This document shows positions 12,381 to 22,935 of a stretch of 64,000 nucleotides of DNA, in pieces (position 1 is the stretch's first letter; each line of letters starts with the position of its first letter). Both the position numbers and the translations under genes were made by a program. Under the pieces are notes generated by a model, which did not search any database, was not told the DNA's origin, and saw only the letters and a program-made list of their open reading frames with translations. This DNA is from Zancudomyces culisetae HAW-14-8 (lineage: Eukaryota; Fungi; Kickxellomycota): the NCBI GenBank assembly GCA_052426225.1, contig JBNJNM010000008.1:744001-808000 (forward strand), read 5' to 3'.

Positions 12381-14198
12381 CTAAAATACAAGTTTCTTGG
12401 ACGATGACGGTGATAAATCGAGCGACGAATGTGAAAACGCTATTTGAGAAGGATATCCATGAGTGAATAAAGGGGAAAAAATATGGCAAAAAAGGTGGAG
12501 ATATGTAGAAAGAATTTTTTTTGTCTTACCCTCAGCAATTTTTCGCTTTCTAAGCTCCTTTTCTTCTTCAGTTTCAGCTATTGGTTTGGTAATTTTTGGG
12601 AGGTTCTCAGGTCGTGTTGGGGCTGGTAAATCTGCAAAATAAGGATGCCCCAGTGCCTCATAGGTTGTGATACGTTTAGAAGGATTATAGCAAAGCATTC
12701 TGCCTAGCAAGTCCAGAGCATTAGGACTTGCAGCGGTAAATAAAAGATTTAGCTGCGCTTTTGGGTATTTTTTCATCTCGACGAAATCAGGAAGCTGGGT
12801 CATTCCCTAATAAATGAATAAAAGTTAATGTAAAAGTAAAAGTATTGTTATGGAAAATACAGCCATATCGATGTATACATATCGTACTTACTGGCCATTC
12901 ATCTTCGGTGGGTGTTCCCAAAGCTCTAAATGTAGTGTTAAGTTGATCCAAATCCGATTCACCCGGAAGATAAGGGGTTCGCAACATAAGCTCTGCAAAT
13001 ATACAACCCATGGCCCATATATCAACAGCCCCAGTGTAGTACTTGGATCCATACAAAAGCTCTGGTGCTCTGTACCATCTATTATTTGATGTTAAATTTG
13101 AAATAGTACCAGATTTTCTTGTCTAAATATGTAATATACAACCTACCGTGTCACCGTTTGTGATGTCATTGCAAGCGTTGCATCACCAAATGGCCGTGCC
13201 AAACCAAAATCCGCAAGTTTGAGCTCGCCACTTGATGATATCAGTAAATTGTTTGGTTTCATATCCTACGTAAATAGAATATCATTTTAGACGTTTGGTT
13301 TTTCCCGCCTTTTAATACATACGAAAATCAGACTTGGTCAAATAATTGGAAAACCCTATAAAAGGAAAAACAACCAGGAGGCTAAAATACCAAAAATAAA
13401 ATAAAGTAAAGAAATCACAATCCTTCTACTTACTCGATGTAATATCCAGCTCTGGTGACAATGGTTTAAGCCCCTCATCGCCATCAACATCCAGCTTTTT
13501 ATATCAGCAGCCATAAACACAAGATTCTTATCCTTAATTAACAATTCTAAATCTGTTTCCAGATATTCTAGCACCAGATTCAGATTCCGTTTATGTGAAA
13601 ACACATCTACTAGCTATAACATCAAAAAAAGGAAATCACTTCAGAACGATTCAGCATCCTTGATTTATTTCTTTTGTCACAGTATCAAGATAAACTATGC
13701 TAGTGTATAAAAAGTACTCTTTACCTCAATGACATTTGGATGCCTCAACTCCCTAAGAGCTTTAACTTCCCGGATCGCAGAAATATCCAAGCCATTCCTC
13801 ATTTCTCCTACTTTGATTTTCTTTATCGCAACCTTCCTTCCCGTTTCGTTATCATGCCCTGTATAATTTTTACAGATAAATGATTGTATTATTTAATCTT
13901 TGTTTCGTTTTAGTGTATTTTTATGTATCCGTACATATGCACAAAGTAAGATGAACACTGAAGGCGTTTAAATGATGTGATTCCACAATTGAATCCTTCA
14001 ACTTTCAAGAGGCCCTCATGCTTTGCTCTACCTTCCTGTTATATGCTTTTTACTGGGTTACAAAATTATTTTTTCGCAGCTTTCTTACTTACCAAAATAA
14101 ACAACGGCATAGGTTCCCTCTCCTACTTTTCGATCCTTTCTGTATCGTGTTTCGGTTTCTTTGTTTATTTCTTCTCCAAATATTGGTTTTTCGCTCAT
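12381..14198 (-). CDS. KIN28: TFIIH/CAK kinase CDK7 (Kin28/Mcs6), about 7 exons
   Basis: Spliced: [22 protein letters not shown]|[30 protein letters not shown]|[28 protein letters not shown]; ATG at 14198. Confidence 0.95.
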
Positions 14199-16318
14199 CG
14201 TATCCTGCTTCTCGACTACTATTTTTCGCTGGTTATGAATTTAGGAAAATAAATAAATTGAAAAAGGCTGTAGATTTGAATGCTGAGCTCTATTTACATT
14301 TTTTTCTATTAATGGCCGCTGGCTTCTGGCTATTTCTCTGTCAAGCAAATCATAATCGCCAAAACTCGAAATTTTGTTTTGGAAAAAAAAATAACAAAAT
14401 ACCAGAGCCTGTTAAACCAACATTCATGTATGTTGTTCGTTTTATCTCTATTAAGGCAAAGCAGTGGCCGCTTGTTTTTCCAATGATATATGGGTTTCAC
14501 TCCAGAATGCTTGTATAAAAAAAAAATAACAAAGTAGACCACTTTCAGTTTTAGTCATGTGAGCTGAAATAGGTTCTAACATTTATAGATAAAAGCATAG
14601 ATACGTTCAAATAAAACAACACAAGCAACAGCTTTTATTTAGTGTTTTTGCAGCATCCTATCCATACTTTTTGTATCTATAATTCAATCAAAACATCTTC
14701 CACTTTTTATCCTATTTTCTATTTTTGAATTATCCAAGCTTCCTTAATTAGCATAATGTGGTTTTGAGCTCAGAACCACTCTAGACATACTCTACTAGGA
14801 TTTCAACTACTGGGAAGTTTGGTTTGGGATAAAATGTATATATCTTTACACGTTGTTTAATTTTCTGTTTAATGATACAGGTGGTTTTAATTTTGCCAAC
14901 TATCTGCTAGAAAGATTAAATATCGATCCAAAATACGTATTGAGACTCCGATATTCACGCTATATGTACCACTAGCCACTAGTTTTATTTTTTGATGAAG
15001 AAACATGGATAATAGTTGTTGACATCTTTGCAAACTGGACAACTAATATATCAGCACGTTTTGGCTAGAGTGTCATTTTTGGCCAGGCCTACTTCTGATA
15101 CGCCCCTTTGAGCCAAGAGATAAAGAGGGCTTTGAATTTATTAATTAATAAAACGCTTTTACAGACCAGCAGTAAAATGCGTTACCTTGTGGTGTTAGCA
15201 GGAGTGAAAACTGACATAAAAAATCAGAAAAAAATGTACGAACCCCTTAATAAGCACCACTTTGAAGTCCAACACAGAGCTGCAAAAAGTTAACTCCTAC
15301 AAAGCCCCCACTGACCCACCCACAATTTATGAGCCATAAGAAAACACTTGCCTTTCTTTTAATTAACTATCCTGAATCAAAAGCATTTCCATTTCTACTC
15401 TGTAAAAACAGGGTTTTCCAATATTACAGCATTTAGAACCAGGATAAACTCTCGATAAACTGTTTTTTTTATATGCGGTTTAAAGAGCACCATCTATTGA
15501 CGAAAACTAAAGTTTGAATTTTTCACAAATTGGAAGACTGCCTTAGTCCATATCATTAGAACACTTTATATACTTGATATAAACAAGCTTGATTCCGATA
15601 AAATTGTTATAATTATTTTATCACACTTTATGTCTGAAAGAAGTTCATGCTTTTTTTTAATACAAATAAACTTTGTGTATATGTCTATTGTAGCAGTTAC
15701 CTGTTCTTCCGTTTTACTTTTTCCTTATTGGAGGTAGCAGGGGAGGGGTAAGCGCGCTTCATTTGTATTAATAGGGCCAAAAATGGAAATTTTGCTACAA
15801 TTCGGCTACTCGAAACCCAAAAAAGAACAAACCGGAGGCTTTCGCTCTTAGCTAGGCTACAAAAACTTGCCTGCAGGTTGATACATGTTTAATAAAGCAG
15901 AATTCCGGTGGGTTGGTTATAGTTCAGTGTTATTACTTAACCCAAAAAAGGCGCTAGCATTTTTGACCCTACCAGTTTAATTACCCGTACACTTTTGCCT
16001 ACGCTATCCAAAGTTTTGTCTCTTGCCTTTTTTTTTCAATGATAAAACTAGGCAAAATTGATGCTTTATTATGTATAACCTCATATACTAATCGTGGGCG
16101 AGTATATTTTAGTATTTTTTTATTTCTACACTTAGAAGATTCGAAACCTGGTTTGTTAATTGAGTACTTAAATTATATAAAGCGCCTAGTTTCCGTTTTG
16201 CTTCGAACTTCTTATTTACAAAAAAAAGGAATAAGATTCCATGATAATCTGTAAGCTAAGCTTTAAGACCTTCTTGGAAAGAAAAGTATAGCAAACAAAG
16301 AAAAAAGTAGAGTTAAAA

Positions 16319-17911
16319 ATGTCAAGTGATATGATAGAAGATACAAATAAAACTCACATAGGCGAAAAAACCACAGATAGTATTGAAGTTCGGGATGAAA
16401 ACAACAAACTGAAACGTGATTTAAAACGAAGACATATGGCAATGGTTGCTGTGGGCGGAACAATGGGTACCGGGTTGTTTATGGGTTCAGGGATAACTAT
16501 AAGTGAGGGAGGGCCAGGTGGTGCATTACTGGGCTATGCAATTACGGGGGTGGTTTCGTTTTTCATCTTAACATCGCTAGCAGAGATGTCCGCGTTTATT
16601 CCAATCTCTGGCTCTTTCAACGCATTTGCGGACAGATTTGTAGATCCAGCATATGGTTTTGCCATGTCATGGTTTTATTTCTACAATTGGGTAATCACTG
16701 TTGCTGCAGATCTAGTGGCATTCGGTATAATAATAAACTTCTGGCTGCCCAATGCAAATCCTATATATTTTGGACTTGGTGTACTGGCCATAATTTGTAT
16801 TACCAACATTATAGGCGTCAGAGAGTACGCAGAGGTGGAGTTTTGCCTCTCACTTGTCAAAATTTTTTCAGTAATCACTTTTTTAATAATCGGCACGTGT
16901 ATTGCTGCAGGGTGGATAGGAGGGCATACCTATGGTGTAGAAAACTGGTCCTATGGAAGTGGTGCGTTCAAAGATGGTATGCTAGGAATCATAAATGTGT
17001 GTGTATACGCAGGGTATGCATACCAGGGTACAGAAATTATAGGAGTGACTTCTGGCGAGTCTAAGAATCCCTCAAGAGATGTGCCAAGAGCCATCCGCTC
17101 CAGCTTTTGGAAAGTCATTTTTTTTTACATTACTAGCATATTTATTCTTGGACTGCTGGTAAAATATGATGACCCAAACCTAGTAACAAACGAAGAGAAT
17201 GCAGTTCCGAAATCGCCATTTATAGTTGTGTATCAAGCTGCAAAGCTGACACCAGCAGTGCATATAATGAACACCGTTGTCTTGATTTCTGCGCTATCAG
17301 CATGTAACTCAGGCCTATATCTGTCAACAAGAACCCTCTATGCCCTAGGTCTAAGCAAAAAAGCACCAACAATCCTAGCCAGAGTTTCTAGACGCGGGAC
17401 ACCCATATTTTCTATTCTGATATGTGTGGTGGCTGCTCTGTGCATATATCTCATAAGTCTTGTGGGAGCACATAAGGTTTACTCCATTTTGCTCAACATT
17501 TCAGGGGTTTCAGGGTTTTTTAGCTGGTTTGGGTTATTGGTATCATTATGGAGATTTAGAAGAGCTTATCAAATTCAAGGATACAAAATGTGCGATCTAC
17601 CATATCGATGTTCACTTTACCCGTTTGGACCCTGCTTTGCGCTTTTATTTCTGGTACTGATAGTTGGCGCACAGGGACACACAGCATTCACTAACGCTGG
17701 GGGTTTTGATTTCAAGCTGTTTGCACTCTATTATTTCCAGATTCCGCTTTTTGCTACAATCTACTTTTTATACAAGTTTATCAAAAAGACAAAGATAATA
17801 CCCCTAGAGACTATGGATCTGGAAACAGACAACTACATAGAGCAGGGATTTGAAAACTATAGCGGCGAGAAGATGAGTCTGCTTGCGCAAGTTGCCTCTT
17901 TTGTCCTTTAA
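16319..17911 (+). CDS. APC-superfamily amino-acid permease (YAT/AAT, LysP-like), intronless
   Basis: LKRDLKRRHMAMVAVGGTMGTGLF, GGPGGALLGY, YQGTEIIGVTSGESKNP and SACNSGLY motifs; about 12 hydrophobic segments. Confidence 0.95.
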   Translation: MSSDMIEDTNKTHIGEKTTDSIEVRDENNKLKRDLKRRHMAMVAVGGTMGTGLFMGSGITISEGGPGGALLGYAITGVVSFFILTSLAEMSAFIPISGSFNAFADRFVDPAYGFAMSWFYFYNWVITVAADLVAFGIIINFWLPNANPIYFGLGVLAIICITNIIGVREYAEVEFCLSLVKIFSVITFLIIGTCIAAGWIGGHTYGVENWSYGSGAFKDGMLGIINVCVYAGYAYQGTEIIGVTSGESKNPSRDVPRAIRSSFWKVIFFYITSIFILGLLVKYDDPNLVTNEENAVPKSPFIVVYQAAKLTPAVHIMNTVVLISALSACNSGLYLSTRTLYALGLSKKAPTILARVSRRGTPIFSILICVVAALCIYLISLVGAHKVYSILLNISGVSGFFSWFGLLVSLWRFRRAYQIQGYKMCDLPYRCSLYPFGPCFALLFLVLIVGAQGHTAFTNAGGFDFKLFALYYFQIPLFATIYFLYKFIKKTKIIPLETMDLETDNYIEQGFENYSGEKMSLLAQVASFVL

Positions 17912-18260
17912 TATATTCCGCTATGTCTCATTTTAGCATATAGTTGATTACATGGGATAGCTATTCTATTCCCACTTTACCCCTAATGAAAGCAAATCGC
18001 AATTAAATACAACACAAGCGGGGGTGAAGGAATAATTATTGAAGTGTCTTTCTATTATTTCTTTCACTTTTCTGGTCAAAAATAATACAACCATGATGCC
18101 AACTAGGAGTGTACTAAAAAAAAAAATCGGTTCTATTCGTTTAATTTAGCCGGAGAACATTTGTGGCATATAAAGAAAATTGGAAAGGAAAAGGAAAAGG
18201 AAAAGGGTAGAAAGAGTAATGCAGGTAAAGCTGGTTATAACAAATATAAACAAGAAAAAG

Positions 18261-19252
18261 TTAAACTTCGTCCAACTCCCTCAAAAAGGTCGCATTTGCA
18301 TCCTTTTGCCCTGGTGCCTTTGATAATGAGCTTCCATAGTACTCGTTTTTCTAAAGTATAAGTATTTATGGTTGTAGTTTTGCGTTTTTTTAGCTATTAT
18401 GGGTAGAATGATATATTACCTGTGAAGTGGCCATTCTAGAGCTGGGATTATATTCAGGAAAATCAGAATAATTCACGTTTTTTTCTTCGTTCTATAATGT
18501 AGCGTATTATAGCATAGTATAGTACATGGAAAATATTAATAATACTCTTGTATGTGCAAAAAACGTGTAATTGCTCTTACCTTCTTTTGAATCTTTTTTT
18601 TGTACAAAATATAGCCAACTAATGCCAAAACTAAAGCCCCAAGAATAGTGGTCACAGCGATAACCGCCTTTGTCATATTACTTAATCCTGATGGCTCGGT
18701 CACTGTCTTTTCCTCGGGTCTTAACCTTCTTGTACTTGAGGTTTGGCGATCGTATATCGTCGACGTCATATCGCCCGAGCTGAAGTTGCTATCGGTTTGA
18801 CTTAAATCTATGCTTTCCATAATCGTTTTGACGAGAGGTGATATGGACTTGCTGGATAAGCTATTTGTTTCCGTACTTTGATCTGAGGTTTTTGTTTTAA
18901 TAGTACTAAGTGCACTATCGGTTTGCGAAGAGGAGATAGTTTTTCCGTCTGGCTCTGTAGATTCCAAAGGTTTATCTTCGTTTTGCTGCTGAGATGGCTT
19001 GTTGATAAGCGAAACAGAAAGTATAGCATCACTTTTGGCTGATGGGTCTTCTTTATTTGGCGCACCCTCTTTCTCTTTATTTGAAACATCATCTTTGCTT
19101 GACGTATTTGGCTCTGAAACCATGGGTAAAGCCCTGATTGAACCTATACTCTCTATATCATCTTGGGCCTTCTCTGCTAAACTCTGTGAAACAACGGTGA
19201 TGGCGCTGAGTAGGGTGAACCCCATTACTAGTTGAATTGTTTTAATTTTCAT
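18261..19252 (-). CDS. Type I membrane protein: signal peptide, Ser/Thr-rich ectodomain, one TM helix, short tail (Mid2/Wsc-like architecture); exons 19252-18581, 18491-18420, 18350-18261
   Basis: Signal MKIKTIQLVMGFTLLSAITVVSQS, TM AVIAVTTILGALVLALVGYILY followed by KKK, and two phase-0 introns giving the tail NEEKNVNYSDFPEYNP...ATFLRELDEV*. Confidence 0.75.
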
Positions 19253-21378
19253 TTTTTTTCGATTTTTGCAAGTCACTCTATATGTTAAATATTGCAACTC
19301 CGTAGCTATAACAGTGTAGCTTCTAGATATTGAGGATATATTAGGATAGTCGGTTTTACGTATAAATATTAGTGGAAGTTAACTAAAATAGATCATATAA
19401 GCATGAATTAGCAAAAGAGGAAACTATTGAAAAAGGTAGTGGTGTATTTATTTTTGTGTTGTCAAACAGTACTATCGACCTCATTATAATAAAGTACCAC
19501 CGACAACAATAATGAAGTCAAAGCTTCTACTTTTTGTTCCACTTCAAACATGGAATCTTGAAAAAAAAAACCTCCCAATAAAGTGAGGAATAAAACTGAC
19601 TCTGGCGTTATTAAGTGCTATCCAAACAGCACCACAAAATGGTAAAACAACGACGTACGAAGATAATGCTGCAAGTATAGGGTTTTATGTTGAATGCTAG
19701 TGTTATTGAATATGTATCTTAGCTAATTTTTTACTTTTTGGCCCAGTGTTACGAACTCGGCCTATTGGGGTGGGTTCAAAGAAGCATTAAGAGTAAGGAG
19801 AAATTTTACTTTTGTTTTTCCAATTTTTAGATTTGGTTTGAGTTTGTAAATAGCCCCTCATCCCTTACCCCTCACCCTATAAAATAATACAACAACGATA
19901 TTGACAACAATACAAGTTATTTATTCGTTTAATAGCCACTACAATAAGTAAATAAATAAATTGATAAATCTGAACTTGTCTAGTTTGTGTTTAGAACAAT
20001 AAGAAACCTGCGTTTAGCTAACTCGGAATAATAGATACTTTGATTGATGCTTTTTTTTTTGAAAATGAAGACGGGCGAGCTTCGTGTATCAAGGCATTAT
20101 TCTTAAAGTTTTATTTTTTTACAACGTTTTCGAAGTATATTATCCAGCTAATTGTTTTCGAATGTCCCATTCTATGGGCTTATGTGCCATGTTTATAAAC
20201 GACCCAAAAAATATACAAAAAAATAAAACCCTGGCTATTCAAAAGCATCTTACCTTTCAATATACAGTTAATGGGAAATGGGACAAGCACATAATGAACT
20301 ACCCTTTCATAGTATTACCAAATTACTAGTAAAAGGAAACCAATTGCTTGATCAGTATATCTATTGAGCTAAACTACATTTGATCCCTAAAAGGTTTGAT
20401 CTCACCACAGATAGTAGCACTTTTAATTACACGGAGGATATTACAGCTACAACTGCGTCTAAGTACGTTTACATTTTCGAATCATGTTTATCGTTTCGTA
20501 GATTCCTTTTACCAGCTATAGCTGTTTTCTCACTGAGCACCAGTGTCGGGTTTCCGGTTGTATCAAAAACTAACTGCTATATGCTGTCTTTGATGGGGAT
20601 GTGATAGGTACTGCTTGGGTAGTATGTGCAAAGTTGGATGTTGTTTAATCGTATATCACTGCCATAAACGTTTATTTATTAACACACCAAGAGAAAAATC
20701 CTAGAGTGTTACTAAATTATTTTGCTAGAAGCGTGATATTAAGTTTCAAAGCTATTTATGATGAGAAAGATTAAAGCAAAACTAAATACTTTCTCTATTC
20801 ACTAATGGAAATATATGCATGTATTGAAAACAGAGATGGATAGTGGAGATAAATGAGCACATCAATGATGAATATGCCGACAATAAATTAAAAGGATGCT
20901 AATAAATAGGAATACAAGGGTGACATTGCGTAGCAGTTGTATCCTCAGCTCGCTTCAAAGCTGTAAAATATGAACAAAGTTAGATTATAATGTTTCAATG
21001 TAATTAATGTGTTGCCATTAACCACAGTTAAAAAGGGAGCAAAAAGCAATGTAGTTACGATATTTTCGCCTATGTACGCTATATGTACCCATGAAAAGTC
21101 TGGTACACAAAGCCTAAGATGGAACTTAGGCTGTAACCAGTGAATATGCCGTATATATGACACTAAACTAACAAACTTGTAAAAACACATCCTATGTCGA
21201 ACTATACCTACTTGCCACTTTCCAAAATTCTATTAATATGAAAGAGCGGGAAAAGAGTCCTGGATTTTGACATATCTTTATATTCTTGGTAGCGATTCAA
21301 ACAACAATATAGCATTTTTGATTAATAATCGACAGAAAAAGAGTGGGGGGAGAATAGGACCATAGCTACAATAAAAAA

Positions 21379-22935
21379 ATGCTTACAAAATATGTATTAA
21401 TATTTCTATTATCGGTTGGCTTTAGTGTAGATTCATCTGATGTAGATATGGACAGCAGAGTAACTCTAAAACATGGAGCAACAACAGCAGAATCAACGTT
21501 GAAGCGTGGTAATGAGCCATCCTTATCTTGGTTGGTAAAAGAGGAGAAGGGTTCGGAGTCTCGTAAAAAAATTACGTGTGCTAGCAGTGACTGTAGAAAT
21601 CGAAGTCTAGATAAAAAACCAATAAAAAAACAGAATGGAGAAAGGGGAGGTGAGCTCAAGTTCCCGGTTATACCTGATTTTAAGACTGCCTTCAAGGCAA
21701 GCTATCGCAACATAAACAATAAAGATAAAGCAACTAAAAGAAAGATAGCCAGGAACCATGCTTATAAAGACAGAGATTTGGGTAAATATAGGCCTGGTGG
21801 GCCTATAAAAAATGAGAGAAGCTTAGTCAGCGGAGCAGGTGTGGGTAGCCAGAACGGTAGATTAATAAAATCCAAAACAAATGGCACCTATCTTGGACTA
21901 AATCATCAAAATAACAATGCCAATAGTAAAAACAAAAAAAGATTGCATTCTAGTAGTGCCATCACAAACCCAGGTCAAGTTATCAATATTAATAGCCAAT
22001 ACAGAGAAAATAAGAACAATAGGGAACCTGAATTCCTTGGGCAGCTGATAAAGTTCGAGTTGGACTATGAAGATTCGGGACGCATAACAGGATTTTTTGA
22101 GTTTGAATATGGAAGTCAATATGGCGTCGGTTACATATACTCAAACATCGGTTCAAAAAATACCAGTGACCACAAAGATGAAACCCCTAACATTAATAAC
22201 ATAACCACGTATCCATCAATAAGTGGGAATGGAGGGATAATTATTGATATACAGGATGTTGACTATGATGAAACCAGTGAGGTGGAAACCAACGTATCAG
22301 CCCAAAACCCGGTGGGAAAGCTTCCGAAAATAGAGTATTTAGGAATAAATAGTACAATGGTAAGGAATGCGATGCGAGCAGGCAATTACAGGGCACCTAC
22401 TGAAGATGAATGCAACAAACTTATCGAGGCCATCGCATTGGCAGAAATCAATTCGGTAAGAGAAGCAGCAATGTTTATAGCCCAAATAGCATGGGAATCA
22501 GATGGATTAAAGTCCAAAAAGGAGTACTTGTGCGAAGAAACGGACTGTAGTGGAATGTATACTTCGGGTATGGATTACCCAGGAAAACTATACTATGGAA
22601 GAGGGTACATACAGCTCACACACGCAATGAACTATTTCTTAGCTTCGGACTACTTGTTCAAGGATAACCGACTACTTGAAAAACCAGAAATAGTTGAGCT
22701 TGATGATGACGTATCATGGGGAGTTACTTACTGGTATTGGAAGACAATTATACATCCGATACCAGATGTAAGCCTTAATGGACACTTTGGCGCATCCACA
22801 AAAGCAATAAATGGTGCTTTGGAATGTACTGGAGCGAATGTTGATAGAGCAAAAGAAAGGTTTGAAATTTACAAAAAGATCCTGAAGGTACTAGAGCCTA
22901 ATGAGGAGGCCAATGAAAAGGGATGCTACAACTAG
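21379..22935 (+). CDS. Secreted glycoside hydrolase family 19 chitinase with a long N-terminal low-complexity extension
   Basis: Signal peptide; C-terminal AAMFIAQIAWESDGL..KKE, YYGRGYIQLTHAMNY and WYW...FGASTKAINGALEC are GH19 signature motifs. Confidence 0.92.
   Translation: MLTKYVLIFLLSVGFSVDSSDVDMDSRVTLKHGATTAESTLKRGNEPSLSWLVKEEKGSESRKKITCASSDCRNRSLDKKPIKKQNGERGGELKFPVIPDFKTAFKASYRNINNKDKATKRKIARNHAYKDRDLGKYRPGGPIKNERSLVSGAGVGSQNGRLIKSKTNGTYLGLNHQNNNANSKNKKRLHSSSAITNPGQVININSQYRENKNNREPEFLGQLIKFELDYEDSGRITGFFEFEYGSQYGVGYIYSNIGSKNTSDHKDETPNINNITTYPSISGNGGIIIDIQDVDYDETSEVETNVSAQNPVGKLPKIEYLGINSTMVRNAMRAGNYRAPTEDECNKLIEAIALAEINSVREAAMFIAQIAWESDGLKSKKEYLCEETDCSGMYTSGMDYPGKLYYGRGYIQLTHAMNYFLASDYLFKDNRLLEKPEIVELDDDVSWGVTYWYWKTIIHPIPDVSLNGHFGASTKAINGALECTGANVDRAKERFEIYKKILKVLEPNEEANEKGCYN

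Noticed and set aside
13977-14518. Plus-strand ORFs of 91 and 166 aa
   Set aside because: They are antisense to CDK7 exon 1 and its promoter, with a composition typical of T-rich non-coding DNA.
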